IMG/VR virus record: IMGVR_UViG_3300044259_000026
Coordinates: 9,786 to 73,785 of that record
Direction: 5' to 3' (one strand)
Length of the DNA: 64,000 bases
Source: a virus
Taxonomy: Duplodnaviria; Caudoviricetes
Below, in pieces: positions 1 to 13,500 of this stretch. The position numbers and the translations under genes were made by a program. Below the pieces are notes generated by a model. The model was not told where the DNA came from. It searched no databases and saw only the letters and a list, made by a program, of their open reading frames with translations. Positions within the stretch are counted from its first letter, which is position 1, and each line of letters opens with the position of its first letter.

Positions 1-1
1 T

Positions 2-2170
2 TTCAATCCGGATGGGCAGTACCTGTATGTCAGCTACTTCCTGACCCAACGGAACCAAGAAGATCCTGTGGTCCAAGGTCCCGTTGTTTCTGTTGGTTCT
101 GAATCGGCTCTGCCGGATACCGGTAATTACGACGTAGTGGGTAGCACGGAAACTCCGGGGACCATGGCTCTGGTAGATACCACCGTGGTCGAAGTGACCT
201 ACTCCGACCTTCGTCCACCGACCAGCAACACCACGACTACCGACCACACTGATCCATATACGGATCGGGAAGATGCATTCACTCTGATGGAGTATCACGG
301 TGCGAATACTGATGGCAGTGCCACCACGGCTACTCGCCATTTCCAAACCAACTTCAAGACTCACAAGAAGAAGAGTGTCACCACTGAAAACACTGTGACT
401 GAGACCATTGAAGGTGGTGTGACGAAGACGACCAAAACCACTACCACTGTGGAATCGGTTGATTATGCCTACGCCTACCGCAAAGACACCCAGCACATTG
501 TGGTTAGTGCTTGGGGTCCGATGCAGGTCATCATCTATGAGCAGGGTTCCGGTAACCCTGTCTTTGATGCAATGTTTGAGAGCCCGGTGGATATGGGAAC
601 GTTTGTCCCCCCCATTCCTCTGCGTCGATGGGCACGGATGATCGGTCCGGATTACCAACCGTCCCTCTACGAGTGGACGACTAAAGCCGTGAAGCGATCC
701 ATGGATAAAAAGATCACCCAGATCAATGCTGCCTTGGAGGACAACGACAATCTGAGTGACATTGACTTTGCGTACCTGTCGTTTGGAGTATCCCTGAACA
801 CTCCTGAGAACTCTGGGAAAAAGTACATCTACAAGTTCTTCCAGATGATTAACGAATACGGTGCAGGTGGTGCAGCGGAATACAACGCTTGGGTGCTGGC
901 ATGGAAAGCCGCAGATGAAGCTCAGAAGGTCTGGGCAGACTGGAAGATTGCACAGTCTGACCCTACCAATGTTCTTTTTGGCTCTGAAGAGCCGCCTATC
1001 GTGGCTTACCCTAAAATGCCGACCAAGCAGATCAAGGTCTTCTGCGAGAAGATCAACTATAACATGACCGTTAACTGGACAGGCATTGCAGAGACTGCCC
1101 TTCCCGGCTTGGGTAAACCTAATGCCCGTGTGGGTGAGGTTTGGTTTGAGGGTGGGGGTACTGAGGAATTCAATGAGCTGCTGCTCTCCTCGGGGATCAT
1201 TGGTGACCGTAACCTGACTGGCGATACCGTTCGGATGTACTGGCAGGACAAGGCAGATTCCTACCGTGTGATGGTGGTTACTGGACTGTGGCACACGAAC
1301 ATTGTCTATAAGGGCAAGGGTGTCGATGTTCACGGTGAAGAAGCTTTGCGTGACCCAGAAGAGTCTGGGTTCATCATTCCGCTGCATGAGGGAATCTACC
1401 GATCGATCTCCCTGAAGGATGCAACGCAGATGGCGACTTCCTGCTGCTACATGGTCCTGAACTGCTATCAGGTCACCAAGCAGAAGTGGTATCAGTCTTC
1501 TTGGTTCAAGATTGTGCTGATCGTTGCGGTGATTGTGGTCACCATTGTGACCTGGGGGGGTGCAGCTCCAGCGGGTGCTGGTGTGTTGGGTACGGCAGCT
1601 TCTGTAGGTACGGCCATTGGTTTGGCCGGTACTGCTGCCATCATTGCAGGTGCAGCGATCAACGCCTTGGCCGGTATGATTATCGCCCAGCTCATCATGG
1701 CTGCATCGACTGCCCTGCTCGGTCCGAAGATCGGAGCAATCGTAGGCGCTATCGCTTCGGTAGCAGTTCTGTCTGTTGGTTCCTCTCTGGCCAACGGCGG
1801 TACTGCTGCACAGGGTCTGACCAACATGGCCACTGCCCCTAACCTCCTGAAGATGAGTGTGGCAGCGGGGAACGGCATCAGTGGAGCAATGGATTCTGAA
1901 CTGGCTGAAATCCAAAAGGATATCCAGAAAGTTCAAGAGAACTACAAGACTGAGTTGTCTTCTATTTATGAAGCGTGGGCTAACAACCTTGGCTTCAATA
2001 ACAGTACCATTGACGTTACTCAGCTGACTGATGCCATTGGTGCTCAGTATGAGAACTTGGATACCTTCCTTGGAAGGACCCTTATGTTGGGCAGTGACAT
2101 TGCCGAACTGACCAATGGCTTGATTGGTTCGATGATGGACCTTACCTTGACTACAGATCTACCTGCTTGA
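2..2170 (+). CDS. Virion structural protein, N4 gp53-like (5' truncated by window edge)
   Basis: Frame is open from position 2 (FNPDGQYLY...). Gly/Ala-rich hydrophobic C-terminal region. Position upstream of gp52/gp51/vRNAP matches N4 synteny. Confidence 0.65.
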   Translation, partial: FNPDGQYLYVSYFLTQRNQEDPVVQGPVVSVGSESALPDTGNYDVVGSTETPGTMALVDTTVVEVTYSDLRPPTSNTTTTDHTDPYTDREDAFTLMEYHGANTDGSATTATRHFQTNFKTHKKKSVTTENTVTETIEGGVTKTTKTTTTVESVDYAYAYRKDTQHIVVSAWGPMQVIIYEQGSGNPVFDAMFESPVDMGTFVPPIPLRRWARMIGPDYQPSLYEWTTKAVKRSMDKKITQINAALEDNDNLSDIDFAYLSFGVSLNTPENSGKKYIYKFFQMINEYGAGGAAEYNAWVLAWKAADEAQKVWADWKIAQSDPTNVLFGSEEPPIVAYPKMPTKQIKVFCEKINYNMTVNWTGIAETALPGLGKPNARVGEVWFEGGGTEEFNELLLSSGIIGDRNLTGDTVRMYWQDKADSYRVMVVTGLWHTNIVYKGKGVDVHGEEALRDPEESGFIIPLHEGIYRSISLKDATQMATSCCYMVLNCYQVTKQKWYQSSWFKIVLIVAVIVVTIVTWGGAAPAGAGVLGTAASVGTAIGLAGTAAIIAGAAINALAGMIIAQLIMAASTALLGPKIGAIVGAIASVAVLSVGSSLANGGTAAQGLTNMATAPNLLKMSVAAGNGISGAMDSELAEIQKDIQKVQENYKTELSSIYEAWANNLGFNNSTIDVTQLTDAIGAQYENLDTFLGRTLMLGSDIAELTNGLIGSMMDLTLTTDLPA

Positions 2171-2179
2171 GGAAACTCT

Positions 2180-2611
2180 ATGCTCTCTCTCGAAGATATC
2201 TTGGGCCAACTTGGCTCCCTGTTTAATGGTGGAGACTACCAAGGCAACGGGGCTACCACCTTCGCTGCTCCACAACTGGGTGGTCCTTCGGTGGTAGGAA
2301 GTTCTGCCTCTTTCCCGGCTCTGGGCGGTGCTGCCTCGGGTGCCAGTGGACTGGGCTTCAACTTGGGAACGGGCCAACTGGCCTTGGGCGGCTTATCTGC
2401 CTTGAACAGTATCATTGGTGGTAACAAGGCTCTGAACCTTGCTCAAGACCAGTTCAAGTTCCAGAAGGGCTTGGCTAACACCAACCTGAACAACCAGATC
2501 AAGTCGTATAACACGGCTCTAGAAGATCGACTCACGGCTCGTGGTGTCGCTCAAGGTCAGGATGCTGCAACTGTGGCTGCTGCCATTGAACGTAACCGCC
2601 TGTCTCGCTAA
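2180..2611 (+). CDS. Small virion protein, N4 gp52-like (143 aa)
   Basis: GAGG RBS; Gly-rich, Cys-free; C-terminal ALNLAQDQFKFQK...NNQIKSYNTALEDR; synteny. Confidence 0.65.
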   Translation: MLSLEDILGQLGSLFNGGDYQGNGATTFAAPQLGGPSVVGSSASFPALGGAASGASGLGFNLGTGQLALGGLSALNSIIGGNKALNLAQDQFKFQKGLANTNLNNQIKSYNTALEDRLTARGVAQGQDAATVAAAIERNRLSR

Positions 2612-2623
2612 GAGGATTTGCCA

Positions 2624-4459
2624 ATGGCTACTCTGACTTGGCGTAACGTGGACGCACCCACCATCAATGCTGCTGCTGGTGTGCGGGACGCTACTGCCCT
2701 GTTCGACAACGGACTCAACCGGATCAGTGAAGCACTCTCCGGTTTCCGTGCTGAACAACAACGCGGAGCCAACCAGCAAGTAATGCTGAATGCTCTGCGG
2801 TTTACCGACCCTAAGCAGTATCAGGAAGCTTTGGCTTCTGGTGCTATTACTGGGGGTGTCGATCCAACGGCTATTGATGCCCGGACTTTGGCTGCTCTTG
2901 GTTCCCGAACCAGCGACCTTCAGAGCCAGCGGGCAAACAACCAACGGTTCGATACTAACCAGTACACCTTTGATCGTACCCGACAATTGGATACGGCAAC
3001 GGACGCTGCTCGCCCTGCTGCTGCTCGGCAGTTTGGGATCTCCGATCCTGCACTGGCTGCTCTGCAACCTGAAGATCAATTGCGCTTTGCCCAAGGCTCT
3101 CGACAACTGGTCGGTGCGGATTTGGCCAACGAGTACAACCAGTTCCGCAACCTGACTACTAAACGGGATGACCGTGATCGTCAGGAAGGTTTGGCTTTGG
3201 CTGGTGAACTCAATGACCAAGCAATTGATCCGGTCTCTGGTCGTGAAGTGGCTGCTACTGCTTCGTCCCCGGGTGCCCGAGCCATTGCTGACCAAGCCCT
3301 GTCTCGCCTGTTCCCCAATGCCTATGGTGCTGGCTCCGTGGCTGACACTACCTTTGGTTCCATGCTGCAAGCTGAGTCGTCTGGTCGCCAGTTCACCAAG
3401 GACGGCAAGACGGTCACCAGCCCTAAGGGTGCTCTGGGCATTGCCCAGATCATGCCGAGTACTGGTCCGGAAGCGGCTGCTTTGGCCGGTCTGCCGTATG
3501 ATGCCAACCGTTTGAAGAACGATGCTCAGTACAATGCCACCTTGGGCAAGGCCTACTTTGATAAGCAGATGGAGACCTTTGGCGGTGACCCTGCCAAGGC
3601 AGCTGCTGCCTACAACGCAGGTCCGGGAGCTACCCAGAAAGCAATTGCCGAGGCTGCTGCTGAAGGTAATCCTGATGCCTGGCTGTCGAAACTGCCGAAG
3701 GAAACTCAGAACTATGTACCGAAGGTGACTCGGGGTCAGGTGGATGCAGCGGCTGCTGATCTCGGTGTTCGTCAGATGCAGAACGTCGGTCAGCAAGGTG
3801 CTACTACTGACCTGTTCTCCAACCTCTCGAACACGGACACTGTAGGTACTGTCGCTGACACCCTGCTGGAGTCTGACTTCAAGGGTGCTGATCGTCAGTA
3901 TGTGATCCGTGCCTTGAACGATGTGGTGAAGCGAGCCAACACCAGTCCAGCTCAGGCTGGTGCAATCCTTCGCCGTAACATCTCGGGGGCCAGTAACAAC
4001 CCGTTCAGCGGTGACTTCTCTGGGACCACGAACTTGGGTGGGAATATTGGTTTCCGTGACCAAGGTGTGGAAGGGGATATCCGGGCACAGCAAACTGGTA
4101 TCAACATCGACCAAGCACTGACCAATCAGAATGCTGGACGTATTGCTGCTAGCCTGAGTTCGGCCTATGAGAAAGCTCAGCAAGCTGGCACCGAGTTGGC
4201 CCAGTTGGTTCAAGCCAGTCAGTCTCGACCTGAGTTGGCTCGCCAGATCCCACGTTATCAGGCTCGGGCACAGCGTGCTCAACAAGCACTCCAAGCTTTG
4301 ACTGATGCTCAACGTACCACTCCGGCTTACCGTGCTCAGCGTGAAGCGGCCAACGTTCCTCCGGAAGAAGTGAACCGGGAATTGAATAAACCGGAAGTCA
4401 CTCCGCCAACTGCCCGAGTACTTACTCGACGCGATTTGGAATTCGGTCTGTACGACTAA
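2624..4459 (+). CDS. Virion (ejection) protein with soluble lytic transglycosylase domain, N4 gp51 position
   Basis: SLT motifs MLQAESSG, SPKGALGIAQIMP and AAAAYNAGPG; GAGG RBS before ATG 2624. Confidence 0.85.
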   Translation: MATLTWRNVDAPTINAAAGVRDATALFDNGLNRISEALSGFRAEQQRGANQQVMLNALRFTDPKQYQEALASGAITGGVDPTAIDARTLAALGSRTSDLQSQRANNQRFDTNQYTFDRTRQLDTATDAARPAAARQFGISDPALAALQPEDQLRFAQGSRQLVGADLANEYNQFRNLTTKRDDRDRQEGLALAGELNDQAIDPVSGREVAATASSPGARAIADQALSRLFPNAYGAGSVADTTFGSMLQAESSGRQFTKDGKTVTSPKGALGIAQIMPSTGPEAAALAGLPYDANRLKNDAQYNATLGKAYFDKQMETFGGDPAKAAAAYNAGPGATQKAIAEAAAEGNPDAWLSKLPKETQNYVPKVTRGQVDAAAADLGVRQMQNVGQQGATTDLFSNLSNTDTVGTVADTLLESDFKGADRQYVIRALNDVVKRANTSPAQAGAILRRNISGASNNPFSGDFSGTTNLGGNIGFRDQGVEGDIRAQQTGINIDQALTNQNAGRIAASLSSAYEKAQQAGTELAQLVQASQSRPELARQIPRYQARAQRAQQALQALTDAQRTTPAYRAQREAANVPPEEVNRELNKPEVTPPTARVLTRRDLEFGLYD

Positions 4460-4478
4460 GTTGATGCGTATACAATGG

Positions 4479-4504
4479 AACCCCGCACCTGCGGGGTTTT
4501 GTTG
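4479..4504 (+). terminator. Rho-independent terminator
   Basis: AACCCCGC-ACCT-GCGGGGTT followed by T-rich tract. Confidence 0.75.
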
Positions 4505-4568
4505 CTTCCACGCAGCTTAACTATGAGGTACGATTGTTCCCTATTAATCTCTAACACAGGGTTTCTGA

Positions 4569-7500
4569 ATGGCCACTATCGATGAGTTGCTTGGCAAAGC
4601 GGCTTACCCAGACCAGATGATTCCGGAAGCTTCTGCTGATGCAGGACTCCCGAACCCTAACCCATACGTTCAACAGAAATCCCAACAGATCCTTCAAGCC
4701 GCCCCTGTGAAACAAGCACAGGTGGCAGCTGCTGCCGATCAAAAACGTATGGCAATGGGCGGTCTTCCTACTGATTACCAGATGGCCGTGGGCCGTGTCT
4801 TTGGTAACGGTGCTGAGCATGGCTCTCAACTGGAACAGGATATTCGAAACCTGTCTCCGGTAGATCTCTATGCCGAGTACGGTGCCCAAGCTCAAGACAT
4901 GATCCGGGATCGTGCTGAAGCTGGTACTCAAGTTCTCAATGACTTCAAGACTCCGGCTGCTAGTGCTCCCGAGTTTGCCTATGACATCGCCTCCTCTTTG
5001 GGTGGCGGTTTCGTCAATAGCCTTGCTGGTCTGACCAACTTGGCAGTCGGTGCTGTGTCTCCGGAAGCTGGTGCTTCCTTGGCTCAAGGCATTACCGAAG
5101 CGAACCAATGGCTTCGCTCCACTCAGTCCGATGAACTGAACACAGCTCGTCGTGTGCAAGATGCTGCCAACTTCTTGGATGAACGGGACAACCGTGTTGC
5201 CCAAGCGGAAGAGTCTTCGGCAGGTGAGAGTGACTTCATCACTGGCCTGAAACGTATTGGTCGGGATGCCATGGACTCGGTAGCTAACGCTGCTCTTGCT
5301 CCTGCTCTGTTGGCTGATGGCACTGCAAATGCCACTGGTTCCCTGCTGGCTGCTGGCCCTCTGACCAAGGGTCTGGCTGCATTGGGTCGTGCTGTTGTTC
5401 CAGCTGCTGCCACCACTTCCCGTGTGGGTGCTGCCGTTGCTGACAAGGCTCCGGTCCTTGCTGCCATTGGTGGCATGGAAGCGGGTGGTGCTTACCAGCA
5501 AGTGGTTTCGGACATCATGGGTCGTAGCCATGAAACCCTGCTGCAGGAATCTCCTGAGTACCGTCGCCTGATCGCTGAAGGTGTGAGCCAAGAAGACGCT
5601 AAAGTCCAAGTGGCCAACAAGACCGGTCTGATCTCGGCAGGTATTACTGCGCCTCTCGCTGCTGCTACCGGTACTCTGGTATCCCGCTTCGAAGGTGATG
5701 CACTGGCTGCTCGTGGGGTTCGTGAGTCCTTGGGCAACCTTGGCCGTGAAACTGTTGAAGAGGGTATCCAAGGTGCTACTTCCCAAGTTGCTCAGAACTT
5801 CGCAGAAAGCCAAGTCGCCAACGAAAATAAAAACCTCACCGAAGGCGTTGGTCGCCAACTGGGTGAGGGTGCTCTGTTTGGTCTGGGCGCAGCTGGTGTC
5901 ACGCAGTCTCCGCAGCTCGCTGGTCTGGCAGGTCGTACTACCCTTGGTGCTGCTAGTGCTGTTGGTTCCGCAGCTGTTGCAGCAACTGGAGATGCTCTTG
6001 CACGCCGGGCTGATGCAATTGCTGAACGCAATGCTGCTGCTTCCCCTATCTCTGATAGTGCAGTAGTGCAGGCCACGGCTGAGACCCAAGCCACTGCACC
6101 TCAGGCCCAACCAATCGTTCAAGATGCCATCGACTCTCTGGATGGTACGCCTGAGCAGAAAGCCCAGATCCAAGACTATGCAGATCGACTGTTCACTGCT
6201 TCCCAGTTCGATGCTGGTGAAGTTCGTGCATCCATGGCTCCGGTTGTGGAAGGTGCTGCCAACCGTGTTGAAGCCATCCAGCGTCTGACTGATGTTGTGG
6301 CCAATGCTGAGGAGGATTCCCCTGAGCAATTGCGTGCTGGTCTGGAAATGTTCGAACTGCTGGAGCCCTACTCCCGCTTGATCGAAGCTGATCCGGAACT
6401 GCTGAATCAGATCCCTGCCGATCACCAAGCTTCGCAGATCATCCAGCAATACGGCTCGCTGATGGATTCCATTGGTTCCAGCCCGAAGGTCATCAAGGCC
6501 ATTCAAACCATCCAGCAAGCATTGGCTTCGCGTCAGGCTCAGCCTGTTACCGAACAATCCATTGCTACTCCGGAAGGTCAGGAAGAAGTCCGTGATGCTC
6601 TGACGGTGGCTGCTGTTGCACCTGAGAAAGCTGACTTGGCACAGAACGAGCAGATCCTGTACCAAGTGAGCCAAGGGAAACTTCAGGTAACCCCAGAACA
6701 GAAAGCTGCTCTGGATACCTCTGTTGCTCTACTTCGTGCTGCCAAGGCAGCGAGCGATGAAGCGGTACGCCTTGGTGCCAGTGATCGTTCGGCACAGGTC
6801 ACCCGTGAGATCGCGGTAGAGACTGGCAGCAAAGGGAAATCGGCGTTGGATCATGCCAAGGGCATCATGTCGGCGTGGAAGGCGGGTAACTCGGATCTCG
6901 CACGTAGCCGCCTGTTCCAGATGGGGCAGTTTGTTCAGCACATGCAGAACAAGGTCGGAGCTTTGAACGCCCACTTCGCTTCGGGGAACCCGGCAAGTGA
7001 AGCTGTCAAATACCAAGCTCTGTCCCCAACTGGGGAGTTCGTTGAGAGTGCCTCGGGTCTGAAAGTCCATCCGGCTAACGCACGGTCGGTTAAGTTTGCT
7101 CAGGATGTGTCGATAGAAGCTAAGCTTCTGTCGGATGTCTACAACGGACTCGTGTCCGCTTTTCCAGATCTTCAAGGTCAACATATTCAGGGTACTCAGT
7201 TGGATTCGGCACTGTCGAAGCCTGCTGCTGAGGTAGCGGCTGATGTCGCCAAACCTAAGGCAGCTGCTCCGACTCCTGTCACTACTACTGAGACCGTTCG
7301 TCAGGAACAAGTTCAAGAAACCCCTGCTGTGGAACAACCCACTGTTCAAGAAGAACAGGCTCCTGCTGTGCAGGAAGAACCTGCTCAACCTGAACTGAAG
7401 GGCATCCGTGCAGTCTTCCCGAACCTGTTGGGTGCAGAGAACAACCGCTTTGTGCAGTCGTTCGATCTGCCCACTGACCAACGTACTCGGACCCTCGGTG

Positions 7501-10500
7501 ATGAGAATCCCCTTGGTTCCATTGTGGCTGCCCTGAAAGATTCTGCTGCCCTCACCCAGTACATCGGTAAATCCTTGGCTCACAACTACACCAAGGACAT
7601 TGCTGCTGCTTACCAGACCTACCTCACTTCTGCTGAGAGCATCAAATCCGCATTGGAAGAAGGCCTTCAGGAATACCTGAACAAGCCATACTCCCGTTCG
7701 GACAAGCGCACTCACCGTGAGCTGATTCTGGAAAATGGTGAAGTCACTCAGACCAATGGTCGTCTGCTCAAAGGTGTGGACCTGCAAGCTACTGTCCGTG
7801 GTAAGGCTCTGGCCATTACTCAAGTGGACGGGGAACAGATCCAATACAACCCTGAGCTGCTCGAACCTGCGGTACTGGCTGGCATGCAATGGATGCTGAC
7901 TGCTGACCAGTTTGGTTCGGTCCTTGATGCCAAGGACATTGCATCGATCACCGGCCTTCCGGTTGAATCTGTGTCCAAAAGCATGATCGAAGATTTGAAC
8001 CAAGGGATGAGCGTCATCGAAGCCAAGCGTACCTTGGCCCAGAAGATCAAATCCTACTGGGGTGTGGGTAACAACCCTAACGGGTTCATCGGTAACCAAG
8101 AGGGTATCCCGGAAGCCATTGCTGCCGAGATCCTCCGTGTGTTCCGTGACAGTGACTTGCTGGAAGAGAAGTCGTTCTATGTGTCTCAGGAAGGTTTGTT
8201 GATCGAGTACGTCAAGGGGGAAACCAAGCCTCCGAAGTCGGCTCGTACCATTGACCGCCTGATCCCTGTGCAACTCCCTAAGGAATCCCCTCTGAAGGAA
8301 TTCCCATCGGCAATTGAACAAGCTGTGATGATTGAGCCGGAAGGCATCAACTACATCGGCGGTGCTATGCCCCCTGTGGCCCGCACCCAGCTTCGTCAAC
8401 CGCTGGTGGAGAACACCCCTCAACAGCTGGAAGCCATCAAGAACGAGCAAGAGACTCCATACTTCGTTAACCCGAACATGGCTGGATTCTACTCGGCACT
8501 GGGTATCGACAATATCCTGAAGCTCTTTGCTGCCGGTTCGTTCGACCCTGATAGCATGAACGTCAACCATGCCAAGTCTCTGGACGGTCAGAACCGTGGA
8601 ACCGTTGCTGCCTTCAACCACCTGATGGGTGTTCTGGCAGAGACCGGCAACGTAGGCCAGAAGGCTGGGACTGCATTGGATCAAACTCCAATTCGCTATG
8701 CCTTCAACATGACCCGGGTTGCCCGTCTGCAAATGCTGGGTAAGTACAACCCTCAGGCAAACAAGCTTGTCCGTGAGGCCATCCTGCCTAACCGTTCTAC
8801 CTTGGATCTGTCGAGCCAGAACAGCCAAGACTGGACCCGATTCGCATTGGGTGCTGGTCAGCTGCTGGGTATCAAGGTTCACAAGATGACTCAGGATATG
8901 GCCAAGGCCAAACTGCAAGCCATGTTCGACGGCGGCCTGTCCCGTACTGTGGAAGCACTGCGTGACTGGACCCGTGACTTTGATGTGTCGAATGTCATTC
9001 AGCCTGCTGCCATGCTGCCGGATGATCTGGTGAACAACCTGATCGAAGATTTCAAGGCTGCTGGTGCTGATCTGACTCCGATGGGTCTGCATGCTGTCAT
9101 GGAATACGCTCGCTACCTGAATAGCGAAGACCGTTCCAAGTTCGAGACTACCCTGTACCTCGAAGCTGACGGCGTGACCAACGGTCCGATCAACGCCATG
9201 GTCCTGTTCACCACCGGCAAGTTCACCCCTCGTTGGATCAAGAACATTGCCAAGGGCGGTCTGTTCTTCAACCGTCCGGGTGCCACCGTCAACAGCAACA
9301 ACGTTGAAGTGGATAACCGTGACCTGTACCAAGCGACCACTGACCAGCTCCAAGTGAACTTGGATATGCTGCGTCAACGCATGGCCGGTAACCCTCAAGC
9401 CAATGAGCAACTGAATCACCTGTTCACCCTGATGGATGAATTCCTGGGTGGTGATCTGACTCTGGATGAAGAGGGTAACCTGACCCTGCAACGTGGCATT
9501 GCCAAGAACCCACTGACCATTACTATCTATGGTTCGGGTGCTGGTGGTATCGCTGGCAAGATGGTCAAAGCCATCACTGATGCTGTCTACGAGCGCATGT
9601 CTGACATCGCTATCAATGGTGGTCGTCTGCCTACCAAGGCTGCTGCTGCATTGAACCAACTGCTCTCGACTGAAGCTTCTGTGGATAGTGAAGGCAACGT
9701 TCGCTTCAAGCCTACTCAGTCTGACCGCGAAGACAAATACGATCCGAAGACCTTCACCTTCACCAAAGGTGAGTTGAAGAACATGCAGTCCAATATGCTG
9801 CACATGTTCGTCAACCCGATGCGTGAAGCAATTGAAGAGACTGTGGGTCAGCCTCTGACCGGTACTGCTGAGATGCTGCGTCAAGCCACTCAGGTTCAGT
9901 CGATTGTGATGGAGCATGCCTTCAAGCAACAGGTCGAAGCTGAGCTGGAGAAGAAGCGTCAAGATCCTAACTGGCGAGAAGGTGACTTCCTGACCCAGAA
10001 GGAAATGGCCTCCATCTACAAGAAGCTGGAGCACTTGGCTCCGTATGTGAAGACTGGGACTCAAACCTTCTTCATCGCCGGTAGTCAATCTGTGGATGTT
10101 GGTTCGACCAACTTCGGTCATGCTTTGAACGACCAGTTCCGTACCCCTGCCTTTGTGCATGGTCCGGCAGATGCTGGTGTTGCGGGTATCCCGTTCATGA
10201 ACATCGGTGCTGGTGACGGCCAGATGATGCAGAACATCTCCGTGGCTGATGGGGCGCCTACTGGCACCCTCAAGATCTTCGACGGTATGAACATGCGTCT
10301 GGATCAGATCGAGTCCGGTTCTCTGGTAGCCAACAAGGCTGTCTATGACAGCTGGATGGGTAACCCACTGAAGGCTGTCTTCGAGTCCTACGATCAGTTC
10401 CTGCGTAATGCTGACCTGTCGAAGTTCCCGAAAGCTACTCAGGAACAGCTGAGCCGTGCCTTGTTCGGTCTGGATACTAGCGATGCGTCGTTGGACGATA

Positions 10501-13500
10501 TCCGCACCGCCATGTCGAATCTGGTTGGTTCCCTGAACAATGCCCAGCAACAGATCGAAGCCCGTCACCGTGTGATGAGCAAGGTCTCGATCTCGGTTGA
10601 CCAAATGGCTGCTGCCTCTACCCCTTACGTGCGTGAGGGTGAAATCTTCCTGTCGGGAACCAATGAGGAATCCTTGGCCGATCAGCTGAACACCCTGTAC
10701 GTCAAAGAGCTGGCTGCTATCCAAACCGAGTCCCGTACCCAGACTGAGATTGGTGCTGAGATCGAAGCTCTGGCTACCAAGCACTCGACTGGCGTATCTC
10801 TGCTGAGCACTGCTGATTTGGGTTCCTTGGCTCAAGCTGTTAAGTTGCCTGTTGACCAGACTCAAGTTCTGGAGTCGATCAACAAGTCTCTGGCTGCTGA
10901 GGGATACTCCATTGTTTACGGGACTGCTGAGCAGATTGCGACCTACGCCATGGAAACTGGCCGTACTGTTCCTGATGCTCCGGGTGGTGATGTACGTGGC
11001 TACACTACTGTGGGTGATAAGACCATCTACCTGATCTCGCCAACTGCTGAGACTCTGGTGCATGAGCTGATTCACGCTGCCACCTTCGAGCGGGTGAACG
11101 CGGTTTACTCCGATCCTTCCTTGGCTCGTAGCCAAGTAGGTGCAGCTGTTGTTCGTACCGAAGCTCTGATGGACCAGTTCCTGAACATCGAACTGAGCCA
11201 AGTGAATCCGACTGTGATGCAGGCGTACAACGATGCTACTGCAACCATCCGCAATCACTTGAACGCAGGCAACAAAGCTGCTGCTCTCAACGAGTTCATG
11301 GCTTGGGGTCTGTCCAACCAATCTCTGGTTGACCTCGGTAAACGCACCAAGGCCAGCAAGCTGTCTCAGATTGCTGCCGGTGTGGTGAACTTCATCAAGG
11401 ACCTGTTGGGTGTGAAGAAGGCTGGATCTGACCTGTTCAGCAACCTGCTGTTCAACAGCCAGATCATCATGTCCACTCAGCTGACTACTGGCCAGAAGTC
11501 TTCGGCCTCTACCCTGTTCCAGAATGAGAACTACGGTACTGATGACCGCCTGTCTCGCATCTCTGATGCGTTCGACAAGACCATTGCCCGTCACCTGAAC
11601 AATCCTCTGGAATTGGGACGTGTTGCTCCGAGCACTGCTGTGTCGGAAGCGATCATGTCTTCTTTCCGTATTGGTCAGATGGTTCAAGCCCACGGCTTCC
11701 AAATGAACATGCAGGAAGCTTCGACCTTCAACAACATCCTCACTGCTCTGGCTACTGAGGCGAAGATCGATCCTAACAGCATGTCTGCTGCCCAGCGTCT
11801 GTACTCCCACGTTGTGAAGAACCTGTCGGTTGAGGACTTCATGACCAACCCGGATGACGATGCTGAACGTTACTACGCCCAAGAGAAGTTCGGTTCCATT
11901 GTCGGCAACTTCGGCACTGAGACTGACTCCTTTGGTCGCTCGTCCTTGCTGCCTACCTTCATTGCTCTGGCTACCGTGAACCAAGAGTTCCGGAGTGTGT
12001 TGGCTCGCATGGAGCTGCCTCGTGGTGCGAAGAACGAAGACGGTACGCTTGATGCTGTGCTGGAGAACTTCGGTAACCAGCTGATGGACAAGCTGTCGGA
12101 TCGTATGGCTGGCACTGCCAAAACTGCAAACGTGCAAGAAGCCATCGATGCCTTGAACGCCCACATTGCCTCGCAGATCAATGCCCGGGAAACCTTCATT
12201 GACCAAGTGGCTTCCAAGTCTGGTGGCGTAGTGGACCGGATGAACGACATCGTTACCGAGGGTGTCGAGCGTCTGTCCCAGAAACTGCTGGAGACTGATG
12301 CCAAGGTCCGTAAGTCCGGTGCCGGTAAGGTAACCCGGATGATCTCCGGATTCGGTGCAGGTCTGGGTGCCGTGGTGAACGAGGCTTCTGGCCAGATCGT
12401 TTCCCAAGGTGTGATGAAGGCGGTCAACCGTCTGGACGGCTTCAAGCCACTGCATGATCTGATCAACGACCTGATTGGCCGTACTGAATCCAACGCCAAC
12501 ATCTATGACATGATCAAAGGTGTTCGCTCCATGGTTCAACAAACTCGCCAGCAGTTCCGCGAACATCTGCCGGAAACCATTGCCTCCAAGTTCAGCCGTG
12601 AGCTGACCAAGGAAGAGTGGGCCAGCCTGCACACTTCGATGGGCAAGACTGACTTGGCTGTACTCCGTAACGGCTTCAACCGTAAAGAGATCGAGGGGAT
12701 GCTGACCAGCTCCACCAAGCTGAATGCTCAGGTGAAGAAACTGGAAGATGAATTGAAGTCGGTAGACTCTGCCAACTTCAACACTCTGAAAGCCAAGGCG
12801 AACCAACTGGCCAACTACATGCTGACCGGCAAGCCAGGCAACAACCTGCTGCGTAACGCCACTGCTGTAGCTCAGCTGTTTGGTGAGACGAAGTCCCGTA
12901 ACTGGGCCGCCAAGGATTCGAAGTTCATTGGTTCCTTGGATCAACTCATCACCCTGTATGCCTTGCAGCAAATGAAAAACGAAGACAAGGAAATCCTGTC
13001 TTCGCTGGTGAGTGAGGAATCTGCTGGCATCGACTTTGCTCTGTCTTACTTGGTAGGTCAGCGTGTAGATGAACAGCTTAAGGTGAACAACTCGGCTACC
13101 CGATACAACCACTTCAAGGGTTACATCCCTTCGAAGAACGTTGAAGGTGTCTCGATGTTGACTGCTCACCAATCGGACTTCCCGAAACTGGTAGCCCAGT
13201 CCTACGTGAAAGTGGACGGCTACACCGGTTCCAACTTGGACCGTGGTGCTCGCAACATTGCCTACTTCTATGCTCCGGTAGCTGCTCGTGCAGGCTTTGA
13301 GCAGGGGATCATGCAGAACGTTCGCCAGACTGCTTCGGGCGTGGATGCCACTACCGGATACAGCTTGGCTCCTACTGCTGGTGTCATCACTGAAGAAGTG
13401 GCTGTGGCCAACATCGCCAAGGCTTTGAAGAACGAGCGTTCGCCTGATGAGAACCTGCTGCCGGTCTACGGTGCAGACGGTAAGGTCGTTGCCTTCGAGC

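Noticed and set aside
7310-7400. PAVEQ/PAVQEE short repeats in vRNAP
   Set aside because: Ordinary low-complexity interdomain linker.
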